Shown here: one piece after another, positions 9,828-18,078 of the stretch
How the letters are laid out: every line of letters begins with the position of its first letter
Position numbering within the stretch: the stretch's first letter is position 1
DNA from: an uncultured bacterium
GTDB taxonomy: Bacteria; Omnitrophota; Omnitrophia; Omnitrophales; Aquincolibacteriaceae
DNA: 64,000 nt
Reading direction: 5' to 3'
NCBI GenBank assembly: GCA_964434115.1
Contig: CAYSSX010000005.1
Location: forward strand, 95,063-159,062
Program-made: the position numbers and the translations under genes
The notes under the pieces: generated by a model
The model's database searches: none
Seen by the model: the letters and a program-made list of their open reading frames with translations, nothing else
What the model was told of the DNA's origin: nothing

Positions 9828-11456
9828 TTAGAGAATGTTATCGTATTGCTCAAGCGCCGGAATCGTCGGCGCGGCCATGGAACGGATATCTTCACCGCCG
9901 GTATCCAGTTTTTCGTACGTGAGATCCTTGAAAAAAGGCACCTTGAGAGAAAGTTCTTCGAAAATATCCCCGGCACATTCATAGGTCATGTGCAGGCCCA
10001 AACCGCGTCCCAAGGCTTCAAGGATTTGCCATTCGGCACGGGCTTCACCCGCGGGTTCAAGCACCTTGTCGAACTTCTGAATCACACCCTCGAAGTTGGT
10101 AAAGGTTCCTTCTTTTTCAATATGCGTGGCCGCCGGAAGCACATACGCCGCGGTCTCGGAAGTCAGGTTATGATTGGACCCGATAAAAAGCGTCCATGCC
10201 GCTTTCCCCATCGCTTTTTTCAATTTGGCTTCATCCAAACGCGCATTCAAATCCTGGCCAAAGACAATCAGGCCTTCCACGTCTCCCTCTGCCGCTTTCT
10301 CAAGCACTGCGTCCGCGCCGCCGGGCCGGAAGCCAAGTTCCTCGGCGCCTCGGGTATTCGGATTTTTATCCGCACGGATCAGGATGTCGTCCTGAAAGCC
10401 GTCGGCATTCGGAGACAGCAAAGCAATGTTTTCAAGTTTCAGATGTTCCTTGAAAATTTTGCGGGACAAATAAAGCTCTTCATTGGAGAGCTGCGGAGAA
10501 AGAAGCACACTGATCTTTTTTCCTGCCGTGGTCATTTTCGCAATCAGCTCGGTCATCACCTCATCCCAGGAGGTTTCCTGAAGACGCTTGTCGATAAACC
10601 TCGCGGGTGACGGAATACGGTTCGCGTCATGGTATTTGTACCCGTACCGTCCGTCATCGCACATCCACCATTTGTTGACTCTCGCATTGAAACGGGGCTT
10701 TAAACGCTTGACCCTCTCCCCTTTCCCATGATGCGGGCGGTCCAGGTTGTAGTGAACCTGAATATTGCAGCCGCGGGAACAACCCTGACAAATCGAGTTG
10801 CCTTCCTTGAGGTACCAGACGCGGATTTTAAAACGAAAATCACGGTCCGTCAGCGCGCCCACAGGGCAAATATCCACCGTGTTACCGGAATACTTGTTGT
10901 CGAGCTGGCGGCCCGGAGCAACGGAAATTTCCGTATGATCGCCGCGGTTGATGAAACCCAGCTCGGAAGTTTTCGAAACTTCATCGCAGAAACGGATACA
11001 GCGTGAACAGAGGATACAGCGCTCGGCATCCAGCATGACCGTAGGCCCGAGCGGAACGGCCTTGGGTTTTTTCAGCTTGTCTTCATTGAGGCGGCTGTCA
11101 TAAAGGCCGTGCTTCATATAATAGTCCTGAAGCCAGCATTCCCCGGCCTGGTCACAGACCGGGCAATCCACAGGGTGATTCAAAAGAAGGAATTCCAGAA
11201 CATGCTGGCGGGTCTTCAGGACTTTTTCGGTTTTGGTGTGAACCACCATGCCGTCCTGCGCCTCAATGTGGCAGGAGATTTGAAGCTTTGGCGTTTTTTC
11301 AACATCTACAAGACACATGCGGCAGTTGCCCGCGATGGAAAGCCCCGGGTGATAGCAATAATAAGGGACGTCACTGCCCGCCTTTTTCGCGGCCTCAATG
11401 AGGCGCGTCCCTTTCGGGACTTCCACTTCCATTCCGTCAATCGTCAGCTTTGGCAT
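9828..11456 (-). CDS. nuoG: NADH-quinone oxidoreductase subunit G (short form, 542 aa)
   Basis: An N-terminal 2Fe-2S ferredoxin is present (CYHPGLSIAGNCRMCLV), followed by the 4Fe-4S His-ligated cluster CPVCDQAGEC and CxxCxxC. The truncated molybdopterin-like C-terminus resembles Nqo3 short forms. Confidence 0.93.
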   Translation of the reverse strand: MPKLTIDGMEVEVPKGTRLIEAAKKAGSDVPYYCYHPGLSIAGNCRMCLVDVEKTPKLQISCHIEAQDGMVVHTKTEKVLKTRQHVLEFLLLNHPVDCPVCDQAGECWLQDYYMKHGLYDSRLNEDKLKKPKAVPLGPTVMLDAERCILCSRCIRFCDEVSKTSELGFINRGDHTEISVAPGRQLDNKYSGNTVDICPVGALTDRDFRFKIRVWYLKEGNSICQGCSRGCNIQVHYNLDRPHHGKGERVKRLKPRFNARVNKWWMCDDGRYGYKYHDANRIPSPARFIDKRLQETSWDEVMTELIAKMTTAGKKISVLLSPQLSNEELYLSRKIFKEHLKLENIALLSPNADGFQDDILIRADKNPNTRGAEELGFRPGGADAVLEKAAEGDVEGLIVFGQDLNARLDEAKLKKAMGKAAWTLFIGSNHNLTSETAAYVLPAATHIEKEGTFTNFEGVIQKFDKVLEPAGEARAEWQILEALGRGLGLHMTYECAGDIFEELSLKVPFFKDLTYEKLDTGGEDIRSMAAPTIPALEQYDNIL

Positions 11457-11464
11457 AAAAGGTT

Positions 11465-12796
11465 TTAAACTTTTTGAAATTCGCGTTGTCCGCCGCGCGA
11501 CCGTTCGGCATCTCCGTGATGGAGTTCCGACAGCACAGCGGGGTTGGATTTTCTTTCGGCAATATAAGATTCAAATTCGGCGCGGAATTTCTGAGGATAA
11601 CTGCGGAGCGGCATGGCCGCGCCATCCGCAAGCGCGCAAATCGTCGTACCGCCCATGAACGAACAAATATCGAGCAGATTATCGATGTCCTGCTTGCGGC
11701 CTTCTCCCCCGACCACGCGGGTCAGGATTTTATTCACCCAGCCTGTTCCTTCGCGGCAGGGCGAGCACTGGCCGCAGGATTCATGCGCGTAAAACCGCAT
11801 GGTCACCATCAGGGCTTCCACCATGGAAGTGGTTTCATCCATCACAATCACGCCGCCGGATCCGGCCATCGTGCCTTTGGCGCGCAGCTGATCAAAATCA
11901 AGCCCCACATCAATTTCATCCGCGGTAAGAATCGCGGCCGACAATCCGCCCGGGACAACGGCTTTGAGTTTCCGGTTTTCGCGGATACCGCCCGCATGGG
12001 TGTAAATGACTTCACGAAGGGAAATACCCAATGGAAGCTCATAAACGCCCGGCTTCTTCACATGCCCGCTCACGCACAGAAGCCGCATACCACCGTTCTT
12101 TTCAGAACCCAGTTTCGCGAACCATTCCGCGCCGCCTTTGAGAATAAAGGGAAGATAAGAAAGCGTTTCCACGTTGTTAATCACGGTCGGGCATCCAAAA
12201 AGACCGACCACGGCCGGGAAAGGCGGCTTCAGACGGGGATAAGCGCGCTTGCCTTCGAGGGATTCCAGAAGCCCGGTTTCTTCACCGCAGATGTAGGCGC
12301 CTGAACCGCGGTGAACGACAACTTCCAGATCAAAGTCGCGGCCGAAAATTTTCTTTCCGAGATAGCCTTTTTTCTTCGCCTCTTCCACCGCGCGGTCAAG
12401 GATGTCGGCGGGACCGGAGTATTCTCCGCGGATATAAACGTAAGCTTTATGCACGTTGTTGGCATACGCGGCAATAATAATCCCTTCAAGAAGCGCGTGC
12501 GGCACATGGCGGATAATATACTTGTCCTTAAAGGTCCCCGGCTCCCCTTCGTCGGCATTCACCGCAAGGTAAACAGGCTTGCCCGTGTTCTGCGCGACAA
12601 AACTCCATTTCATGCCGCACGGAAAACCCGCGCCGCCCAAACCGCGAAGGTTCGACTTTTTCACCTCTTCGATCAGAGCTTCCCGCGTGAAACGGTCAAA
12701 CACCGTGCGCGCCTGTTCATAGCCGCCGGTCTTTTCATACTCGTCGATCCAGAATGTTTTTTCCGGAACAAAAAAGTTGGAGAGGATTTTTTCCAT
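11465..12796 (-). CDS. nuoF: NADH-quinone oxidoreductase subunit F
   Basis: The FMN/NADH site (GLRGRGGAGFP-like LRGLGGAGFPCG and GSGAYICGEETGL) and 4Fe-4S ESCGQCSPCREG are present. Confidence 0.95.
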   Translation of the reverse strand: MEKILSNFFVPEKTFWIDEYEKTGGYEQARTVFDRFTREALIEEVKKSNLRGLGGAGFPCGMKWSFVAQNTGKPVYLAVNADEGEPGTFKDKYIIRHVPHALLEGIIIAAYANNVHKAYVYIRGEYSGPADILDRAVEEAKKKGYLGKKIFGRDFDLEVVVHRGSGAYICGEETGLLESLEGKRAYPRLKPPFPAVVGLFGCPTVINNVETLSYLPFILKGGAEWFAKLGSEKNGGMRLLCVSGHVKKPGVYELPLGISLREVIYTHAGGIRENRKLKAVVPGGLSAAILTADEIDVGLDFDQLRAKGTMAGSGGVIVMDETTSMVEALMVTMRFYAHESCGQCSPCREGTGWVNKILTRVVGGEGRKQDIDNLLDICSFMGGTTICALADGAAMPLRSYPQKFRAEFESYIAERKSNPAVLSELHHGDAERSRGGQREFQKV

Positions 12797-12798
12797 AA

Positions 12799-13362
12799 TT
12801 ATTTCGCGTTCATCCGGTGGGTTTTTTTGAAAGCGTCCAGCTTGCCCATTTTCGCGTCTTCAATCAGCTGCGCCATTTTTTCAGGCGTAAGCGGCCCGTA
12901 AAACTCTCCGTCATTGACCTGCAGCATAGGCCCGATCTCACAGGCCCCAAGGCATTCCACTTGATCCACGGAAAAAGCACCGTCCTTGGTCGACTCACCG
13001 CATTTGATTCCCAAACGTTCTTCCGCGCATTTCACGACTTTATCCGCGCCGAGCAGCGCGCAGGTCAGAGTGCGGCAGATATGAAATTCGGTTTTGGCGC
13101 GGGGCTTGGTGTGGAACAGCGTATAAAAGGTCACCACTTCATGAACGTCGATTTCGGGAAGCCCCAGATACTGAGCAACAGCCTTTTCGGCTTCCGGGCT
13201 GATATACCCGTGATGATCCTGGACCATGCGCAGAACCATGAGGATCGGAGCCCGTTTGTTTTCATATTTCGCCACGACTTCATCCGCTTTTTTACGGAGG
13301 TCGGGAGGAAAAATTTTATCCACCGAGTTCTGATTCTGGGCGGGCGCGGTTACGGGTGTCAT
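12799..13362 (-). CDS. nuoE: NADH-quinone oxidoreductase subunit E
   Basis: Thioredoxin-like 2Fe-2S motifs are present (CRTLTCALLGA and CLGACEIGP). Confidence 0.93.
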   Translation of the reverse strand: MTPVTAPAQNQNSVDKIFPPDLRKKADEVVAKYENKRAPILMVLRMVQDHHGYISPEAEKAVAQYLGLPEIDVHEVVTFYTLFHTKPRAKTEFHICRTLTCALLGADKVVKCAEERLGIKCGESTKDGAFSVDQVECLGACEIGPMLQVNDGEFYGPLTPEKMAQLIEDAKMGKLDAFKKTHRMNAK

Positions 13363-14711
13363 CGGTCAAGTTCTCCGCCAATCATGTTCACGGAACCAAA
13401 CGTCGAAATAATATCAGCCACTGTATCCCCTTTAAGCAAAACGGGCAATGCCGCCATAATCACAAAGCACGGCGGACGCACGCGCACGCGGTACGGTTTG
13501 TCCGTGCCGTCGCTGACCACATAAAAACCAAGCTCACCGTTCGCGCCTTCCACGGGGAAATAGGCTTCCCCTTTCGGAGGACGGATGCCGTGGCCCATCA
13601 TAATGCCTTTAAAGTGGTTCATCAGCCCTTCAATGTTTCCATACGTGTCTTCCTTCGCCGGAAGCACAATGCGTTTTTTGTCCGCGGTCTGGAGTTCCTT
13701 GAAATGTTCCTTGTTGTTGCCGTCCAGCGTGGGGTCAAACTGCGCGACCACTCCGCAATGACCGCCCGTGCGTCCCATTTTCGATTCATCAATCAGGAAC
13801 TCCGCGGGCACTTCCTTGCCTTCGGTATCCAGAAGCACGGGACCTCCGGGAATCTGGTCCAGCGCCTGTTCCACAATACGCATGCTCTGCTCGCATTCTT
13901 CCATGCGGCAAAGGTAGCGGTCATAGTTGTCGCCCGTGGAGCCCACAGGAATTTCAAAATTGAACCGGTCATAAACAAGGTAAGGGGAAGCGCGCCGCAC
14001 ATCATAATCAATGCCCGTGGAACGGAGAAACGGTCCGGTGATTCCATAGCCCGCGGCCGTTTCTTTTGTCAGGATCCCGATGTCTTTCATGCGGTCGACA
14101 AAAATCCGGTTCTTGGTCAAAAGCGCGTGGCACTCCAGAAGTACCTTGCGGGTTTCCTTCATGATGTCGCGGCATCGCGCATTAAAATTCTCCGGAAGAT
14201 CGCCCTTCACCCCGCCGATGCGGCAGTAAGAAATAGTAAGACGCGCGCCGGTGATTTCTTCCACCAGCTGATACAGCCACTCGCGGGCCTTGATCATATA
14301 AAGAAAAGCCGTAAAAGCGCCAAGCTCCATGGCCGTGGCACCGACGCAGGTCAAATGATCCGTCACGCGCGAAAGTTCGCTGACAATCACACGGATGTAT
14401 TGGGCGCGCTCCGTGACTTTAAGATCAAAAAGTTTTTCCACCGCGAGGCAGTAGCCCACGTTGTTAATCAAAGGGGAAACGTAATTCAAACGGTCGGTGT
14501 AAGGAATGACTTGGAGGTAACCGCCCTGTTCCGCGGATTTTTCAAACGCGCGGTGAAGGTAACCGATTTCCACATCCGTGTTCACCACAGTTTCGCCGTC
14601 GAGCTCGGTGATGAGGCGCACGATCCCGTGCATGGCCGGATGCGCGGGACCGATGTTGAGAAGCATCGATTCCTTGCGGAGTTTGACGGGTCCTTCTGCG
14701 GTGAATTCCAT
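13359..14711 (-). CDS. nuoD: NADH-quinone oxidoreductase subunit D (49 kDa)
   Basis: The NuoD N-terminus NIGPAHPAMHG is present, with 49-kDa subunit core blocks. It overlaps the nuoE start by 4 nt. Confidence 0.95.
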   Translation of the reverse strand: MEFTAEGPVKLRKESMLLNIGPAHPAMHGIVRLITELDGETVVNTDVEIGYLHRAFEKSAEQGGYLQVIPYTDRLNYVSPLINNVGYCLAVEKLFDLKVTERAQYIRVIVSELSRVTDHLTCVGATAMELGAFTAFLYMIKAREWLYQLVEEITGARLTISYCRIGGVKGDLPENFNARCRDIMKETRKVLLECHALLTKNRIFVDRMKDIGILTKETAAGYGITGPFLRSTGIDYDVRRASPYLVYDRFNFEIPVGSTGDNYDRYLCRMEECEQSMRIVEQALDQIPGGPVLLDTEGKEVPAEFLIDESKMGRTGGHCGVVAQFDPTLDGNNKEHFKELQTADKKRIVLPAKEDTYGNIEGLMNHFKGIMMGHGIRPPKGEAYFPVEGANGELGFYVVSDGTDKPYRVRVRPPCFVIMAALPVLLKGDTVADIISTFGSVNMIGGELDR

Positions 14712-14713
14712 AG

Positions 14714-15196
14714 TTAGTTCTTTGGTCCGATCAACGGCTGACGTTTGCTGTAGGGATAATCCTTGCGAAGCGCGTGCCCGGTAAATTCCGGATACATCAA
14801 AATGCGCCTCAGATCCGGATGGTCTTCAAAGCTGATGCCGAACATGTCCCAGGCTTCGCGCTCAAACCAGTTGGCAATGGGCCAAAGGCCGGTCAAGGTG
14901 GGCATGACCGCGTCTTTTTCTTCCACGCGGACTTTGATACGAAGACGATGGTTTTTCGCAAGCGACATTAAGTGATAGACCGCTTCAAAGCGCGGTTTCC
15001 AGCCCATCCCAAGACCGTCCACGGCCGTAAGGTCCATCAGCACATTGAAGTCAAACGCGGGGTCGGTCTTAAGAAACAGCATGATCTCAAGAAAAGACTC
15101 GCGCTTGACCACCGCGGTGGCGTCTCCGTGCGAGGCATGGGTTTCAAGCACCGCTTCCGGAAACTTTTCTTTTAGAAGTTCCTGCAATTCAGGCAT
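14714..15196 (-). CDS. nuoC: NADH-quinone oxidoreductase subunit C (30 kDa)
   Basis: The NuoC core is present (ERE.WDMFGI.F..HPDLRRIL). The start was chosen at MPELQELL (15196), downstream of the nuoB stop. The ORF-track start at 15328 would overlap nuoB. Confidence 0.88.
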   Translation of the reverse strand: MPELQELLKEKFPEAVLETHASHGDATAVVKRESFLEIMLFLKTDPAFDFNVLMDLTAVDGLGMGWKPRFEAVYHLMSLAKNHRLRIKVRVEEKDAVMPTLTGLWPIANWFEREAWDMFGISFEDHPDLRRILMYPEFTGHALRKDYPYSKRQPLIGPKN

Positions 15197-15249
15197 CTTG
15201 AACTTTCGTTTACGGGTTTGAAATTCAGGCTTGTGAAGGCTGGAAGTGT

Positions 15250-15732
15250 TTATTCCTGCTTTTGGCGCTGAATTTTTTCCTGGAGTTTCATGAGTCCATC
15301 CAGGACGTTTTCGGGGCGCGGGGGACACCCTGGGATATAAACATCCACCGGTATAAGCGTATCAATGCCCTGAACCGTGGCGTAATTGTCGTAAAACCCG
15401 CCGGTGCAGGTGCAAACCCCGAAGGCCACGACCCATTTGGGGTCCGCCATCTGATCATAAATCATTTTCAGAACCGGCGCCATTTTGTGGGAAATCGTTC
15501 CCACGACAAAAAGCACATCCGACTGACGCGGGGAAAAACGCGGGAGCCCTGCTCCGAAGCGGTCGACATCGTAATGGGAACAGGCGGTCGACATATACTC
15601 CATGCCGCAGCAGGCCGTCACAAACGGGTACTGAAAGATAGAGAACTTGCGCGCCCAGCCAATCATTTCATTGAGGCGCGAGGTCATGTACCCACCCTGG
15701 GAACTCTGCACTGCGGGTTCTGTCATGTCCAT
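15250..15732 (-). CDS. nuoB: NADH-quinone oxidoreductase subunit B (20 kDa)
   Basis: N2 cluster motifs are present (ACCGMEYM, GxCTCTGG-like GVCTCTGG, GCPPRPE). The start was chosen at MDMTEPAV (15732), which has AAGGGAG 7 nt upstream. The alternative ATG at 15753 has no SD. Confidence 0.9.
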   Translation of the reverse strand: MDMTEPAVQSSQGGYMTSRLNEMIGWARKFSIFQYPFVTACCGMEYMSTACSHYDVDRFGAGLPRFSPRQSDVLFVVGTISHKMAPVLKMIYDQMADPKWVVAFGVCTCTGGFYDNYATVQGIDTLIPVDVYIPGCPPRPENVLDGLMKLQEKIQRQKQE

Positions 15733-16079
15733 TGAAGAGCTCCCTTTTTCCATGCGTACACAAACCCAAGCTCAAAGAGTGTGAGAAAAAATAAAACCGC
15801 GAAAAAAACGGAAACGCCAAGATCCTGAAAAGCCACGGCCCAGGGAAAAAGGAAAATAATTTCGATATCGAAAATGACAAACAGAATACCGACCAGATAA
15901 AACTTCACCGCGTGACGCCCGGTCGGCTGTTCAAAGGGAACGATTCCGCATTCGTAGGGGGTGTCCTTGGCCTTGTTGGGTTTTTTCGGACCGAGTTTTT
16001 CGGCAAGAAAAATAAAAAGCCCGGAAACACCCAGCGCCATGACAAGAAGTGCCAAAATACCGAAGTAATCGCGAAGCAT
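15723..16079 (-). CDS. nuoA: NADH-quinone oxidoreductase subunit A
   Basis: It has three TM helices, the conserved PYECG motif and FDIEIIFLFPWA. The start was chosen at MLRDYFG (16079), with AAGGGGA ~10 nt upstream. Confidence 0.88.
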   Translation of the reverse strand: MLRDYFGILALLVMALGVSGLFIFLAEKLGPKKPNKAKDTPYECGIVPFEQPTGRHAVKFYLVGILFVIFDIEIIFLFPWAVAFQDLGVSVFFAVLFFLTLFELGFVYAWKKGALQWT

Positions 16080-16240
16080 AACCTTTAAGTCCCCTTGAAA
16101 GAAGGGGTTATGATACAACAACAAATCCCTTTCGCCAAATCATTCTTGCCTTGTTTTCAGGCCTCTAATGAACCCCTGAAAAAAAATCACTTATCTTGAG
16201 AAACGGCCGCTAGTTAGCATCCACTTTGAAACTCCGGGCA

Positions 16241-16269
16241 AAAAAAAGAGGGGGCTTTTCAGCCCCCTC
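16241..16269 (-). terminator. rho-independent terminator downstream of the small secreted-protein gene
   Basis: GAGGGGGC / GCCCCCTC 8-bp stem with a 6-nt loop. On the minus strand it is followed by T7 (A-run 16241-16247 on the plus strand). Confidence 0.7.
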
Positions 16270-16299
16270 TTTCAACTCATCAAATCAGCGGATAAAAAA

Positions 16300-16614
16300 C
16301 TAACCCGCCAGATTTACGCCGCCGTCCGGAATTGACATTTCTCCGGGAATCGGGAACGTCACCAAATTAAAAGCTCCGCCAACCGTTGACATCAAGCCAT
16401 CCACCAGGCCTTTTCCAACACCGGCCCATGGATTTTTCTTCTGCTGCTGATAGTCAAGCGGAACAGAAACAAGCTTGGTCCAGCCCAACAGAGTGTTGGT
16501 AAGACCATTCTGAAGTTTATGGCTTACACTGTCCGCATAAGTATCCGCCGCAAAAGCCGTTGCCGGAATCAAAAGCAGTGATAATACAAACGCGAGACCT
16601 AGTGTTTTCTTCAT
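16300..16614 (-). CDS. small secreted protein (signal peptide, ~104 aa), hypothetical
   Basis: Start MKKTLGLAFVLSLLLIPATAFA, with the GAGGGAGG SD 5 nt upstream. The ORF-track start at 16713 adds an unsupported 33-aa leader. Confidence 0.6.
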   Translation of the reverse strand: MKKTLGLAFVLSLLLIPATAFAADTYADSVSHKLQNGLTNTLLGWTKLVSVPLDYQQQKKNPWAGVGKGLVDGLMSTVGGAFNLVTFPIPGEMSIPDGGVNLAG

Positions 16615-16885
16615 GTTGCCTCCCTCGGGGGTTAAAAAAACGGCTTGATGCCGTCTCCTTAATTTTACTACCCTAGTATTATCGGCAGGGTACCAGGCTT
16701 TCATTGAGTTCAACTTTCCTGTAGAAAATTACAGGGTTCCAAGGGCGGCTTAAATTACACATTTCATCGAAAAAGGATTTGCTTTGTTCGTCTTGTTTTA
16801 TTAGGATTTCCCGCAAGGCCATTCCCCCAAACTTGTAACGCGGACCGGAGACCTAACGGCTCTTCCGCACAGGTTAAAAAAGGCT

Positions 16886-17530
16886 GTGCAAATCATGTCC
16901 TCTTGGAAAGACCTCTCTTTTTTACAAAAGCCGCTAAAGCCGCTTCATTTTTCCCGTTTTTCCAAAATTTTCTTCGCGCCTTTTCTGATTCTGACCCTGA
17001 CTTTTTCCGGATGTCTGAAGTTGAATCCACCCGTTCTGCATTCCAACGCTGATTCTGCTTCGCTGAACAACACGGCACCCCTGCCCAGTTATTTTACACC
17101 TACTGACCAGTATGAAAGTTATGAACTGGAAACCGTGCTTCCCGGAAGCTCTTCAACTTTTGATCCCTTTACTTATGGAAGAACCGGCAGCCCTTTTGGC
17201 CCGGGCCGGCTTTTCGCCGCGGGCATTCAGGGTTCGCGGTGCGGGCCCATGGAACTGCCTATGTCTCCGCAGTTCGCGGATCCGGGTGACACGCAGGCTG
17301 TTATCCTGATCGCGGGTAATGGGCTTGAGTGCGTCGCGGATATTGATCATGACAAACCCGGCGCTGCCATCACTTTTGCGGTTGTCGCGGGGATCTTCAT
17401 CAATCCTCCGTGGAGGATCGTTACGCTCACTGCAACCGCCGTCACCATTTCCAACGGAGTGGTCACGCTTCGCTTTACCTACAGGATCACAACCGCAACA
17501 ACTTTCATCACGAAAGTGGAGTACCTGTAA
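16886..17530 (+). CDS. lipoprotein, hypothetical (lipobox LTFSGC)
   Basis: A signal peptide precedes the FSGC lipobox Cys. There is no recognisable catalytic motif. It is the first gene of a three-gene plus-strand operon. Confidence 0.55.
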   Translation: MQIMSSWKDLSFLQKPLKPLHFSRFSKIFFAPFLILTLTFSGCLKLNPPVLHSNADSASLNNTAPLPSYFTPTDQYESYELETVLPGSSSTFDPFTYGRTGSPFGPGRLFAAGIQGSRCGPMELPMSPQFADPGDTQAVILIAGNGLECVADIDHDKPGAAITFAVVAGIFINPPWRIVTLTATAVTISNGVVTLRFTYRITTATTFITKVEYL

Positions 17531-17532
17531 TC

Positions 17533-18078
17533 ATGAGAAAAAAGAGCGCCCCCCTCGCCGCGCTGGTCTTGAGTCTGCTGTTCCTGCAGTCTCCGGTAAA
17601 AACAGAGGCGGGACAGGAATTCCGGAGTTTTGAAACCATCCCTTCACCCGCGGCCGAAGAAAGAACCGCCGAAGACCTTGCCGCGGAAGGTTATCAGCGC
17701 GTTTCCACCGCGCAGAACATTTCCACTCCCATGGTCGAGAAAATGGTGTATGACCTTTTTGAATCGTGGAACTCTCACACGCTCGACCAGAAGCTGTCGC
17801 GGGACTTTCCGAATAAAAACCGTCTCAAGGAAGCGATTCAAACCGGCGTTCCCCGCCACGTAAAGCTTCAGGTGCTGTCTGTTCAAAATCCCCGCATCGT
17901 GGAACAGTATGTGCGTCCGCATCCGTCCGGTGACGGCACGTACCAGCTCCTCAGCAAAGTTTCCGTGCGTGTTCATTCGCAGATCGCGGCAAGCTCCAGC
18001 ATCCGGAGACAATTTCAGCGCGTCGACGGCGTCAGTGACTACCTTTTCCATGTGACCCAAAAGGTTAAAGCCGCATGA
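17533..18078 (+). CDS. secreted/periplasmic hypothetical protein
   Basis: The start was chosen at MRKKSAPLAALVLSLLFLQSPVKTEA (signal peptide). The ORF-track start at 17410 lies inside the preceding gene. The stop overlaps the next start (ATGA). Confidence 0.55.
   Translation: MRKKSAPLAALVLSLLFLQSPVKTEAGQEFRSFETIPSPAAEERTAEDLAAEGYQRVSTAQNISTPMVEKMVYDLFESWNSHTLDQKLSRDFPNKNRLKEAIQTGVPRHVKLQVLSVQNPRIVEQYVRPHPSGDGTYQLLSKVSVRVHSQIAASSSIRRQFQRVDGVSDYLFHVTQKVKAA

Noticed and set aside
9672-14717. Plus-strand ORFs of 276-453 aa across the nuo genes (9672..10610, 11474..12304, 13356..14717)
   Set aside because: They lie antisense to highly conserved nuoD/E/F/G/H coding sequence. They have no motifs and His/Arg-rich, shadow-frame composition.
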